Below are positions 1 to 11,135 of a DNA stretch of 64,000 nt, piece by piece. Under the pieces are notes generated by a model. The model was not told the origin of the DNA. It saw nothing but the letters and a program-made list of their open reading frames with translations, and searched no databases. Source of the stretch: Octopus vulgaris (lineage: Eukaryota). Each line of letters starts with the position of its first letter. Position 1 is the first letter of the stretch. The stretch covers positions 103,106,001-103,170,000 of the forward strand of contig OX597818.1 in assembly GCA_951406725.2 (NCBI GenBank). Direction: 5' to 3'. Position numbers and translations under genes: made by a program.

Positions 1-14
1 AAAATCTAAATGTC

Positions 15-1139
15 TTGTGTTTGAATGAGATTGCCGAAAAAACATCACAAGTGGTCAACACACGATCCGTCAAACAGATTCGTAGCAAGTTGAAACATAT
101 CGAAGTATCTTTCAAACTGATAAGAGGCCATTATGAAAAGCTTCTACATATTTTCACAGTTCAAGAACAACAACAGCTAGAAAATCAGCAGCCACAACAA
201 CAACAACAACAGAATGAGCCACTCCTGGTTCCCAACACAATGGCTGACCCTGACATCGGTCAGGCACAACAACAACAACAACAGCCACAGCAACAAGAAC
301 AACAACAGCCACTCCTCAACTCTAGCTTACTAGACGATTCACTAAATGCCAGTATCTTTTCACCGCTCTCACAGCAACCACCACAATTATCATCATCATC
401 ATCACCACCGCTGCCACCATCGTCTTCTATCACCAAAAATACCAACAGAAAACCAAATAAGAAACCACTGCCCTCTTCCCCCACATCACCACCTCAATAC
501 TACTGCAGTAACAAAAACTTAAAGAAACATAGGAAGCAGAATGCGCCCCCCACGGCACAAACAAGAAATCCCCAAATATGCCGCTATTCACTGCGCCAGA
601 GACTCTGCACAAATAGTGACTGCATCTTCACGCATCTACCCGGCACTAGACGCACTACTGGCCAAGGCCAAAGCACGCATCCCACAATAACATCAACACC
701 ACCAAATAGTAAATCGAAATTCAAAACACACACAACTCGGAGTCCCAAAATCTGCCGGTATTCCCAACGTGAGAGAACATGTCTACTGAGTGACTGTCCC
801 TTCACTCATCTTCCAGGGACCCGACGCACAAACAGAAACGGGGCCTCAAGCCAACACACAAACCTGAATAACAATAAAAATAGAAACACACCATGCTGCA
901 GTAATGCTGGTCCAGTCTTTTCAGGAAGACACAAAAACAACAACAACAAAAGTGGAAACTACAACCCTATCCAACAGTGCAACCACACCTCCAGCCAAAA
1001 ACTGCTCCCTAAGCAGGAAAATTCTTTTTTAGCCATGTTGAACATGGCAAAAGAGATACACAAAAACATTCTAGCCATCACTCAACACCATCCTATGCTA
1101 TTACCCCAGTGCACCAATTCCCCACATTGCTGCCACTAA
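15..1139 (+). CDS. LINE ORF1 protein, 5'-incomplete; Q/P/S-rich linker with two C-x8-C-x4-C-x3-H zinc fingers
   Basis: Frame is open from the window start. Motifs CRYSLRQRLCTNSDCIFTH (579-635) and CRYSQRERTCLLSDCPFTH (753-809). Lies directly upstream of and overlaps the ORF2 frame. Confidence 0.8.
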   Translation: MCLNEIAEKTSQVVNTRSVKQIRSKLKHIEVSFKLIRGHYEKLLHIFTVQEQQQLENQQPQQQQQQNEPLLVPNTMADPDIGQAQQQQQQPQQQEQQQPLLNSSLLDDSLNASIFSPLSQQPPQLSSSSSPPLPPSSSITKNTNRKPNKKPLPSSPTSPPQYYCSNKNLKKHRKQNAPPTAQTRNPQICRYSLRQRLCTNSDCIFTHLPGTRRTTGQGQSTHPTITSTPPNSKSKFKTHTTRSPKICRYSQRERTCLLSDCPFTHLPGTRRTNRNGASSQHTNLNNNKNRNTPCCSNAGPVFSGRHKNNNNKSGNYNPIQQCNHTSSQKLLPKQENSFLAMLNMAKEIHKNILAITQHHPMLLPQCTNSPHCCH

Positions 1140-1870
1140 CACACACAAAAAATCCAAGCCCCCTGCAACAGTCAAAACCAGCCACTACACTAACCTCCAC
1201 ATTCCTACTCAATGCACAAGGTGTCAGCCCTTCCATCAATGCACAAAAATGGAAGGTCCAATTCATTGAAGACTGGGTTGGTAACCATTCACACCACATC
1301 CCTTTCTTCATTCTCACTGAGACCCACCTTGACAACTCCCACTTGGAAGCCGAAGTGAGAGTGAAGAATTTCACAACCATCCGCGCGGATCGTATCGGCA
1401 GGAGGAAGGGTGGAACTGCCATTTTCCTGCATGATTCATTTACGGCAGATGGAAATAGTATATTCTCCAACGGCTACTGTGAATCAGTCACCGTGCACAA
1501 CAAAGCCAATGATCTGACAGTAATTGGACTCTATAGGCCGCCCCAAACACCCATACTGTGCTTTAAAGAATGCCTCAACAGCATTAAGTGCTTTATTCAA
1601 CAGTGCCATTCTAGCAACATACTCATGATGGGAGACTTCAATCTACCCTGTGTTGACTGGACTACAAACTGTTTGAAACCAAGCAATCCCGCCTCAACCG
1701 CTGACAAAGAAGCAGCAGAGTCACTTTTCGACTTTACGAATGAGTTTTTCTTGTCCCAACTTGTCCTTGCACCAACAAGACATCAGAACATTTTGGACCT
1801 AGTGTTTAGTAACCACACTAACACTATACATAACGTTACAGTGGAAAAAAACCCTTCTTTCAGACCATGA
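1013..1870 (+). CDS. LINE ORF2 N-terminal part: AP-like endonuclease domain
   Basis: Motifs LLNAQG, ILTETHL, RADR..RKGGTAIF, LYRPP, MGDFN, NILDLVFSN. Frame open from 1013 (after TAA 1010-1012). The SDH motif falls in the next frame because of an extra A in the run at 1845-1851. Confidence 0.88.
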   Translation, partial: AGKFFFSHVEHGKRDTQKHSSHHSTPSYAITPVHQFPTLLPLTHTKNPSPLQQSKPATTLTSTFLLNAQGVSPSINAQKWKVQFIEDWVGNHSHHIPFFILTETHLDNSHLEAEVRVKNFTTIRADRIGRRKGGTAIFLHDSFTADGNSIFSNGYCESVTVHNKANDLTVIGLYRPPQTPILCFKECLNSIKCFIQQCHSSNILMMGDFNLPCVDWTTNCLKPSNPASTADKEAAESLFDFTNEFFLSQLVLAPTRHQNILDLVFSNHTNTIHNVTVEKNPSFRP

Positions 1871-1871
1871 C

Positions 1872-4145
1872 ATGGTTCTCTGTAACATGAAATTCCACCA
1901 GCCGAAAGCTAATCCTAGTGACCTTCCTCCAGCCCACCCATTTGACAACATGGATCTCCATAAAGCCAACTGGGATGCAATCAGGAACGAGCTATCAAAT
2001 GTTGACTGGTCCTTTACACATACACACATCTCCACCAACCATAAAACATCTTGGCAGATCTTTGTAGACACCGTCACAGACATATGTGCAAAACACTCCC
2101 CACCAAGACCTGTGAACAAAAAGTGCAGAATCCCCCAAAACAGAAAAACCATTATCAGAAAAATAAAAAGAACAAACAATAAAATTAACAAACTAAAGTA
2201 CTGCCAACAGCAACACACACATTCGACGGCTATCGCACTGCTTGAATCCAAAAAATATAACCTCCAACAATGCATGAAGTCCCTCATCAATAACCAAAGA
2301 TCAGCTGAGGAGAAGTGGGCCATTGAAAAAATCAAACTCAACCCCAAAGTGTTCTTTTCATTTGCGAGGAAACGCAGGGTCACTGTCTCCACTGTAGGCC
2401 CTCTAATTGACGAAACTGGCACTCTCCAAGATAATGCCAAATCCATGGCCGAGATACTGCAGAAACAATACTGCTCTGTTTTCAGCAATCCTGATATGGC
2501 CGATCTGGGCTGTATCAGTGATGTCAACCCCCAACACACTATATCGGACATAACGTTTAGTGCCCCTGATGTCTTAGCGGCGATAAACGAAATAAAACAC
2601 AATTCAGCAGTAGGCCCCGATAGGTTCCCTGCTTGTGTCCTGAAGGTGTGTCGACACCAACTTGCATCTCCCCTTGCTAATCTGTGGAGAAACTCACTGG
2701 ATGCTGGCTATATTCCAAAAAACCTTCTGTCCCAGTCTGTTGTCCCAGTTTTCAAAAAGGGAAACAAGTCCCTTGCAGTGAATTACCGTCCGATCTCACT
2801 CACCTCTCATATCATCAAGGTATTTGAGAGGGTGGTGAGATCTCAAATAACCCAATTTCTGGAAAGCAACAGACGGCTGATCTCCAACCAACATGGGTTC
2901 CGTAATGGAAGGGACTGCCTAACGCAGCTCCTGCATCACTTTGAGGACATTTTGAGAGCTTTGGGAGAGGGCTCCAACACCGATGTCATCTACCTTGATT
3001 TCAGTAAGGCCTTCGACAGGGTCGATCACAAGATCCTATTGAAAAAACTATCCAACATTGGTGTCTCTGGAAAGTTACTGAAATGGATTAAGTGTTTCCT
3101 GACAGACATATCTCAACATGTTGTAGTTGAAGGGGTAAGATCAAGCCCAGCCAAAGTCAGTAGTGGCGTTCCGCAAGGCACTGTGCTGGGCCCACTTCTT
3201 TTCATCATTTACATTAATGACATTAATGACATCATCAAGCACAGCAACATAAAAATCTTTGCAGATGACTCCAAGCTACAGAAGGTCATAAATGAGGCGA
3301 GTGACCGGACATGCCTTCAGTCAGATCTACTGGCTGTTATCCAATGGGCAGAAAAAAACAATATGCTGCTGAACGAGGATAAATTTGAGCTAATCCACTT
3401 TGGAAAAGAGGATGCCCTGAAACTCCCATACTCCCTTCCTTCAGGTGAAACTCTCACGGCGTCCAACAACATCAGAGACTTGGGAGTAATTGTGGACAAC
3501 AACGTAAGCTGGGCCACTCATATAAACACCAAAGTTGACATGGCCCGCAGAATGTGTTCCTGGATTCTCAGAACTTTCCAGTCGAGAGATATCCACACCA
3601 TTATCCTTCTCTTCTCCACTTTTGCCCGACCCCACCTTGAATACTGTTGTCCACTGTGGTCTCCCCACACAATACAAGGTATCATAAAAGTCGAAGCACC
3701 TCAAAGGGCAATCACAAAAAAGATAGATGGCATGACAGGCCTCGACTATTGGGGTCGACTAGAAAAGCTAAAACTCTATTCTCTCCAACGTCGTCGTGAG
3801 CGCTACATCATCTGCATGATGTGGAAAATATTCCATCAGCATTGCCCAAATGATGTTGGCATCACCTTTAAGGTACATCCAAGGCTTGGGCCCCGTGCCA
3901 TCCGCCCAAAACAAAAATCGCACTCTCATCTCATAACAACAATACGGCACAATTATTTCACCTCAATTGGCCCCGCTCTCTTTAACATTACACCAAAACA
4001 CATTAAAGCAGAAACTGACCCTATAGGGTTCAAGAAGTCTTTGGACAGATTCCTTCAAGAAATCCCGGATAAACCCCCTACACCCGGATATGTCTCTGTA
4101 AACAATAACTCTCTACTTGAGTGGGCCATAGTGCCCAAATTCTGA
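1872..4145 (+). CDS. LINE ORF2 C-terminal part: reverse transcriptase (CR1/L2 type)
   Basis: YRPISLTS, QHGFR, YLDFSKAFD, SGVPQGTVLGPLLF, FADD, RDLGV, RPHLEYCCPLWSP, LYSLQRRRER; 757 aa with no stops. Confidence 0.95.
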   Translation: MVLCNMKFHQPKANPSDLPPAHPFDNMDLHKANWDAIRNELSNVDWSFTHTHISTNHKTSWQIFVDTVTDICAKHSPPRPVNKKCRIPQNRKTIIRKIKRTNNKINKLKYCQQQHTHSTAIALLESKKYNLQQCMKSLINNQRSAEEKWAIEKIKLNPKVFFSFARKRRVTVSTVGPLIDETGTLQDNAKSMAEILQKQYCSVFSNPDMADLGCISDVNPQHTISDITFSAPDVLAAINEIKHNSAVGPDRFPACVLKVCRHQLASPLANLWRNSLDAGYIPKNLLSQSVVPVFKKGNKSLAVNYRPISLTSHIIKVFERVVRSQITQFLESNRRLISNQHGFRNGRDCLTQLLHHFEDILRALGEGSNTDVIYLDFSKAFDRVDHKILLKKLSNIGVSGKLLKWIKCFLTDISQHVVVEGVRSSPAKVSSGVPQGTVLGPLLFIIYINDINDIIKHSNIKIFADDSKLQKVINEASDRTCLQSDLLAVIQWAEKNNMLLNEDKFELIHFGKEDALKLPYSLPSGETLTASNNIRDLGVIVDNNVSWATHINTKVDMARRMCSWILRTFQSRDIHTIILLFSTFARPHLEYCCPLWSPHTIQGIIKVEAPQRAITKKIDGMTGLDYWGRLEKLKLYSLQRRRERYIICMMWKIFHQHCPNDVGITFKVHPRLGPRAIRPKQKSHSHLITTIRHNYFTSIGPALFNITPKHIKAETDPIGFKKSLDRFLQEIPDKPPTPGYVSVNNNSLLEWAIVPKF

Positions 4146-4234
4146 CTTGAAAGACTTCACCAGGTGGTGCTATTAAGTTAGACATGGCCTGGGCCAATAA
4201 TGGCCGAAACCTATCAAAGTATCAAAGTATCAAA

Positions 4235-4270
<36 letters not shown>

Positions 4271-5113
4271 TTCGTGTCCCCATCACAGACACAAGCATAT
4301 ACATTTATAGAAATATTGCCACAGAAATAGTTATATTAAATGCAGATGTATACGTATTTTTGATTTTAAATATATTGCGAATGTGTATGGTTTTATATCC
4401 GAATATATACCCGTAAGTTAAATTGATAATATACATAAAGATGTCCCTCTATACATAACTTAAAACAAGCCGATTCTATGAAATAAAATGCAGCACAATA
4501 TACATATATATATATATATATACATATGTACACACAGTCGCACATGAACGCCTACATAAATGCACACGCTCACACATATGCACACACATCACACAGACAC
4601 ACACACATAAATGTAAAACATTGTATATGTAGGCATGAATGTATTTATGTTGTGGAATGTACGTGTTTGTATGACTTCATCTCTCTCTTTCTTTGCGTAA
4701 TAAATCTGTAATTATGTATAACTATCCAAGCATCAAGCGCCTATGTATATTATTATGCAGATTAATTAATAACTTGTGTGTTTATATAACACAAATAATA
4801 TGTGTGTGTATTTGGGTGTTTCTGTGCATGTATGTATGTATATATACATATATATATGTATATATATATATATATATGTGTGTATATATATGTATATATA
4901 TGTATATATATATGTGTATATATATGTATATATATATGTATATATATATAATTTATATATATATGTGTGTATATATATATATATATATGTGTGTATATAT
5001 GTAGGTATATATGTATGAATGCATATGCGTATGTATACGCATGTGTATACATGTGTATGTATATATATATGTATGTATATATATGTGTTTATACATGTGT
5101 ATATATGTATGTG

Positions 5114-5153
<40 letters not shown>

Positions 5154-5213
5154 CACATAAATTATTATGCAGGTGGCTATTCGCAATTTACCACTGAAGT
5201 GCACAAGTATATA

Positions 5214-5276
<63 letters not shown>

Positions 5277-5324
5277 ACATATATATATATATATTAGTGT
5301 GTGTGTGTGTAATAAAAGAATAGA

Positions 5325-5610
5325 TGCAGGTGTGCGTTTTTGAGCAGCAATTTGATTCCCAACTACATGGTTCCGGGTTCAGTCCGACATTATACATTGT
5401 TGCCTAGGGACAACCAAAGTTCTGTGACCAGGTTTGTTCGTATATATATAAGCACACATTTTCGTGTGTGTTTATGTTTGTTACCTCGCTTGGCAATCGA
5501 CGTTTTTGTGTATATGTCCCCCTCAAGGAAGCAGGGGTGGGGCTAAAAAGACTGATAGAGAATATGTACCAGGCATTCTCGACTAAAAATTTTCAAGGCG
5601 GTGCCCCAAG
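5325..5610 (+). mobile_element. Degenerate tRNA-derived SINE, family A
   Basis: catggttccgggttcagtcc head and cgactaaaa...aaggcggtgcccc tail match the full copies at 12412 and 16550. Confidence 0.65.
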
Positions 5611-5628
5611 ATAATGAGTAGCTTAGAG

Positions 5629-5659
<31 letters not shown>

Positions 5660-5690
5660 GTGAATAAGTATATATATGTATATCTATATG

Positions 5691-5726
<36 letters not shown>

Positions 5727-5733
<7 letters not shown>

Positions 5734-5989
5734 GTTCTTGAGCAAGGCACTTTATTTCACGTTGCTCCAGTTCACTCAGCTGTAGAAATGAGTTGCGACG
5801 TCACTGGAGCCAAGCTGTATCGACCTTTGTCTTTCCCTTGGATAAAACTGGTGGCGTGGAGAGGGGAGGCTGGTATGCATGGGCGACTGCTGGTCTTCCA
5901 TAAACAACCTTGCCCGGACTTGTGTCTAGGAGGGTAACTTTCTAGGTGCAATCCCATGGTCATTCATGACCGAAGGGGGTCTTTACTTT

Positions 5990-5993
<4 letters not shown>
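5727..5993 (+). mobile_element. 5'-truncated SINE, family D body plus tail 3
   Basis: Closely similar to about 52776-53030. Confidence 0.8.
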
Positions 5994-6046
<53 letters not shown>

Positions 6047-6592
6047 ATATTATATATATATATATATATATATATTAATTCCTTTCTCTTTCTTAAGATA
6101 GACGCACACATTAACACATATTGACATGCTTACCTTCTCTCTATCTCTCTATCACGACCACACATACACACACCACACATATGTACAAATATATATGAAT
6201 ATACATATATATATAGGTATGCATACCTATATATATACATATATATATATATAGCTATGCATATATAGAGAGAGCTATGCATATATATATATATATATGT
6301 ATATGTATATATATATACATAAATATCTATATATACATATATACATATTTATGTTTATATATATATAAATATATATACATGTGCACGCACACATACACAC
6401 ATATATATATATATATATATGTATGTATATATATATATATATATATGTATGTATATATATATATATATATATATATGTACGCATACATACATATATTGTC
6501 GCACATACTCATGTAGGTATATAATTCAACTACGCATAAGCGCACTTATGTATATATATATGGACACACTCACACACACACACATACACACA

Positions 6593-6651
<59 letters not shown>

Positions 6652-7225
6652 GCATGCAGAAATGCGTCGATATTTTGGGTAATAATAGGATTGAACCACT
6701 CTCCAATGCACGGTATTATCTCGTAATTACCTAATTATCTCCCCTTTTACTTGTGGACATTGCTATCATTATCCAATCAGCCTCTTCTCTCTCCTATTCT
6801 GAATTCACCAGATTTCACTGAATAAATTGAAACCAAATAATACATTGTATGAAATTAGACATAAATATCTATGTAAATAGAAGTATAGCACATATATATG
6901 TAAAACACACACACACATATATAATATATAATATATTATATATAATAGATATGTATGTATATATATACACACACAAATACATAGGTCCATACATATAAAA
7001 CCAGTTGTATTGCCAAATCTCAGACGAAATAGCTGTAACACCATGAATATTGTTAACTTTAGTTTCGGTTAATGTAGACTGGGTATTTTGCGAAAATATA
7101 TCTTGACCAAGTATTCTTTATATTATTAATTACTGATGCTATATATATATATGAGAAGTTTTTGCGTAATAATATAAAAAAAAAACCCAACGCTGTGTTG
7201 TTTTTAGAGCATTTATAGATAGAAG

Positions 7226-7277
7226 GTCTTACAGCTGTGTCTAGAATATTAATTAATAATATCCCTTCATCGAAGAC
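7226..7277 (-). ncRNA. Degenerate minimal type I hammerhead motif
   Basis: Minus strand: gtct-TCGATGA-a-gggatatt..aatattct-a-GACA-CAGCTG-TA-agac; stems I and II pair, palindromic loop III, core mutated. Confidence 0.55.
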
Positions 7278-7297
7278 GGTGTGAGAGGAAAATTAAG

Positions 7298-7359
<62 letters not shown>

Positions 7360-7406
7360 GTATATATGTATGTATATGTATATATATATGTATATGTATA
7401 TATATA

Positions 7407-7557
<151 letters not shown>

Positions 7558-7585
7558 ATATATACATATACATACATATATACAT

Positions 7586-7629
<44 letters not shown>

Positions 7630-7663
7630 CTTAGTTTTCCTCTCACACTTTCTCCGGTGTATA

Positions 7664-7704
<41 letters not shown>

Positions 7705-7708
<4 letters not shown>

Positions 7709-7896
7709 AAACAAGAAAGCACAAAAAAACACAACAACGCGAGGACGTGGAACAAATATTTTTAATGGACGCTCAGGAAAGAAGGAAAGAAGGAGGGTTT
7801 AACGTTTCGAGCGGAGCTCTTCGTCGGAAACATAGGAGAAGAAAAGATCCAGAGAAGGGAAGACAGAGGAAAAAAATCGCCAACGATACACACGTG

Positions 7897-7900
<4 letters not shown>
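7705..7900 (-). mobile_element. Short non-autonomous repeat (family H1) with minimal hammerhead-like motif at 7797-7831
   Basis: Matches 47585-47785, 61445-61655 and fragment 29270-29360. Motif gttt-CCGACGA-a-gagc-tcc-gctc-GAAA-CG-TT-aaac. Confidence 0.75.
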
Positions 7901-7961
<61 letters not shown>

Positions 7962-9129
7962 GTATATATATAATGGAGTTCATAAAAGAGCTTAGAAATA
8001 AAATGAAAGAAAACACTAAGAATCCCCTTCAAGAAAAAAAATGTCGCATAGTCTTTCAGCTACATTATTATGCCTTTTACGAGCTGAATTTATCTGCTGC
8101 AAACACAGCTTTGTGTTTTCAGCCTTATTGGGTCAATGAGATAAACATCAGCGCATTAGCTTCATTGCCTCTAACCCATCTGCAACAACAACAATAAATA
8201 TTTCCTTCTATCGTCCCTGAAATATGTTATTGTTAATTATTCGAGATTTTTCTTTTCTGTCTTCAATTTGATTATCTGCAAAATGGTGCATAGCGAGAAT
8301 TACCCTGTTAGCTGCTTAATATGGTAGAAACGGTTTGTTATATTTCCATGAAAAATACCTCCACTTTTTTGTCTCAAACATAATAAATAACATTCTGGAT
8401 AATATAGTTCAATTTAGATTTTGCTTGGACATAAAGGTTTTAGTAAGACGGGAACGAAATCGATTGTGACATCTGCTCGAATACATCTCTATAAGCATAT
8501 GAGATGTTTTCACTCGGACGTTTGGTGATCCGACGCCGACCTTTTAGAGACCGGACATTTTATTGTTTCTCTCGTTTTAATATTTCTGATTCACTCTATC
8601 CTTTTCTTTTCTCTCTCCTCTCGGTGTTTAAGTGTGTTAGCATATTTTTATTTATGCGTATGAGGTGAGAGGTGGTGTTTATGCCTATCTCATTTAATTA
8701 GTAAATGCTAATGTATCACTTACCCCATTTAATTCCCTATCGTTCATTCTTTCTATCTGTAAGTATATATCACTGCATCTGCGTGCGCAGTTGTCTATGT
8801 GTATGCCTCCAACGTGAAAAGGGGTCGAGTGTCAAGTAAGCTGCGCCAAATTCCCTGTGTCGAAACAGCTGCGCTTTATTGTCATAATCCGTCTTGCGAC
8901 TATCACCGCAACTAACTACCAACAACAGCCAAATAACTCTTTTAACAAAATAAGTTCAACGTGTGATAATGAGTATAACATTGTATCTCGTGAATATCAC
9001 GTACTAATATGATACAAAAAATCTGAAGACATATCTCCTTGTATGTCAACAAAACCACTTACCAAAACGAAGGTGATCATAAATCACCCGCTTTTTATAA
9101 GGCTTTCATGTATATAAAAAGATTAGACC

Positions 9130-9720
9130 CTGGATCTTTTTATACAATCAGTGAGCGTGTTCAATGAAAATATTGGAATGTAATTTGGGAGTAAATAAGT
9201 GAATAGTAATAACTGGGAAGAGAAAACGGAAGGTAAACTCTGACAGCATTAAATTACCATTGCAAGACAACATAATTAGAACCTGTGAAATATTGAAGGG
9301 CACAATGTGTAGGAATATTGAAAGATGACAGGACAATGGAACGAAAAGTGAGAGAAAATGTCATTGAAGAGTACAAGAGGAGAATTTAGATGTTCGAAAC
9401 AAAATTAAGTGGAAGGAATATCATTAAGGCTATAAACACATGGGTTATATCACTAGTGAAATACCCTGTTCCCCTTCTGAAATGGACACAGGTCGAGCTA
9501 CAGAACTTGGATAGAAGAACTAAAAAGCCATTCACAATTCACAACGCATTACAACCTAAAATTATTATTGACTGACTACCAAGAAAGGAAGATAGATGAT
9601 AGGGGATTACAAAACCAAGAAGACTTAGTTAGTATTGCAATAGTAGGCCTGAAAAATTATGCTGTACAGAGTAAAGAAAGAATACTGTCGGTACCAGAGA
9701 TTCCAAAAGGGTGACTGAAA
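9130..9720 (+). pseudogene. Decayed R4/Dong-like non-LTR retrotransposon RT fragment
   Basis: Peptide KLSGRNIIKAINTWVISLVKY..KWTQVELQNLDRRTKK..HNALQPK plus upstream ENIGM*FG-like segment; multiple stops and frameshifts. Confidence 0.7.
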
Positions 9721-9744
9721 TTGTAGAATGCAAGTTCAGTGAAT

Positions 9745-9910
9745 TGGTTAAGTTAATTACGTCTACACCAGTGTTCAACTCGTCCTTATTTTATCGAATT
9801 CAATACGATGAAAGGCAACGTCTACCTCGGTAGACTCAGAACGTAAGGACGGATGAAATGCTGCTAAACGTTTTTTCCGACATGCTAATGATTCTACCAG
9901 CTCGCCACCC
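9745..9910 (-). mobile_element. Degenerate SINE family B, followed by (TAA)n at 9911-9965
   Basis: Reverse complement ggtggcgagctggtagaatcattagcatgtcgg matches the head of the 55451 copy. Confidence 0.7.
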
Positions 9911-9912
9911 TA

Positions 9913-9966
<54 letters not shown>

Positions 9967-10182
9967 TCAGGTGCTTTGGCGGGGGAACTGTCAAGTGCTT
10001 TGGCCTGTTAACTTAGAAAGAAGTGGGCTATTACCCACTGAACAGAAAGGGTGCCGAAAAGGAGCCGGGAAACGAAGGATCCGCTCTTAATTGATAATTT
10101 AATTATCAGGAACTGTAACAGAAGTCTTACAAACCTTAGTATGGCATGAGCTGACTATCGTAGAGCATACGATATGATACCA

Positions 10183-10539
10183 CCCTGCTGGTTTCAGTTG
10201 ATCCGATCAACGGAGCAGCCAGCTCGTGAAATTATTGTGCAAGTGGCTTATCACTCCAGAGACATGTACACTTAACGTAGTTTTCGTGGAGATTCAGCGT
10301 GACACAGCGTGTGACAAGGCTGGCCCTTAGAAATATAGGTACAACAGAAACAGGAAGAAAGAATGAGAGAAACTTGTTGAAAGAGTATAGCAGTATTCGC
10401 CACGACCCCCTGCCGGAGCCTGGTCGAGCTTTAGCTGTTTTCGCCGAATAAACACTCGCAACGCCCGGTCTGGTGACCGACACCGCAATCCTATGAGCGC
10501 GAGTCCGCTGGCCTAACCACTCGGCCATTGCGCCTCCAC
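10183..10539 (-). mobile_element. tRNA-derived SINE, head C plus tail 1
   Basis: Head ggaggcgcaatggccgagtggttagg (A box); homologous to 15946-16335 and 56119-56489. Confidence 0.85.
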
Positions 10540-11135
10540 AGTACATTTAATATCTGTGTAAGAACCTTATGAAGACAATGAAATTTTTTGGAAACTAGAG
10601 AAAACTGCTTCAGTTATATATTTTATAGATGCAGACATGTATAAAGCATACAATGTAGAATAGCTATGGAAGTGATACGAACATAGATCAACGAAAGGTG
10701 TCGAAAGCGACCATGCAAATGTATAATAGGACATGAATATCTAGACAGGCAAGGAAATATAACACTCAAAGCTGAATATTGTCACATTATAGAAAGATAA
10801 AATAACTGATAATAGATGTATCCCTGCAAACGAGACATCATTATAGAAGGAAGAAGAAAGATACATATCAGGATTTACAAAGGGTCTTAAAAAGAATTTG
10901 AAACTGCAAGATAGGAAAATTCTTGTCATAAGAGAGTAACCAAGCTACAGTTTTCAAAATATTACCAAATAACTTTTGGACAACAAGGGGAACTGTCTTT
11001 GTGACACTAAAGAATATATAGCTCGCTCGTTCAGACATAATCCTTTGATAGGCGCTGAATAAACTCATAAACTATAAAGGAATAGGAAGGGGAATGATGC
11101 TAAGCGTAACGCGTCTCCCCATAAAACAAAAAACA

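Larger units (their letters stand above)
1..4235 (+). mobile_element. CR1/L2-group non-LTR retrotransposon (LINE), near intact, 5' end outside the window
   Basis: ORF1, APE endonuclease and RT in order; 3' UTR hairpin GGCCA-ATAA-TGGCC; terminal (TATCAAAG)x3 at 4212-4235 running into (TA)n. Confidence 0.93.

Noticed and set aside
1845-1852. A AAA AAC slippery heptamer as a programmed frameshift between endonuclease and RT
   Set aside because: Joining the two ORFs needs +1, not -1, and the break splits the conserved endonuclease domain; a homopolymer indel is simpler.
260-2602. Minus-strand ORFs overlapping the LINE (e.g. 1799-2602)
   Set aside because: Antisense shadows of the coding strand with no recognisable motifs.
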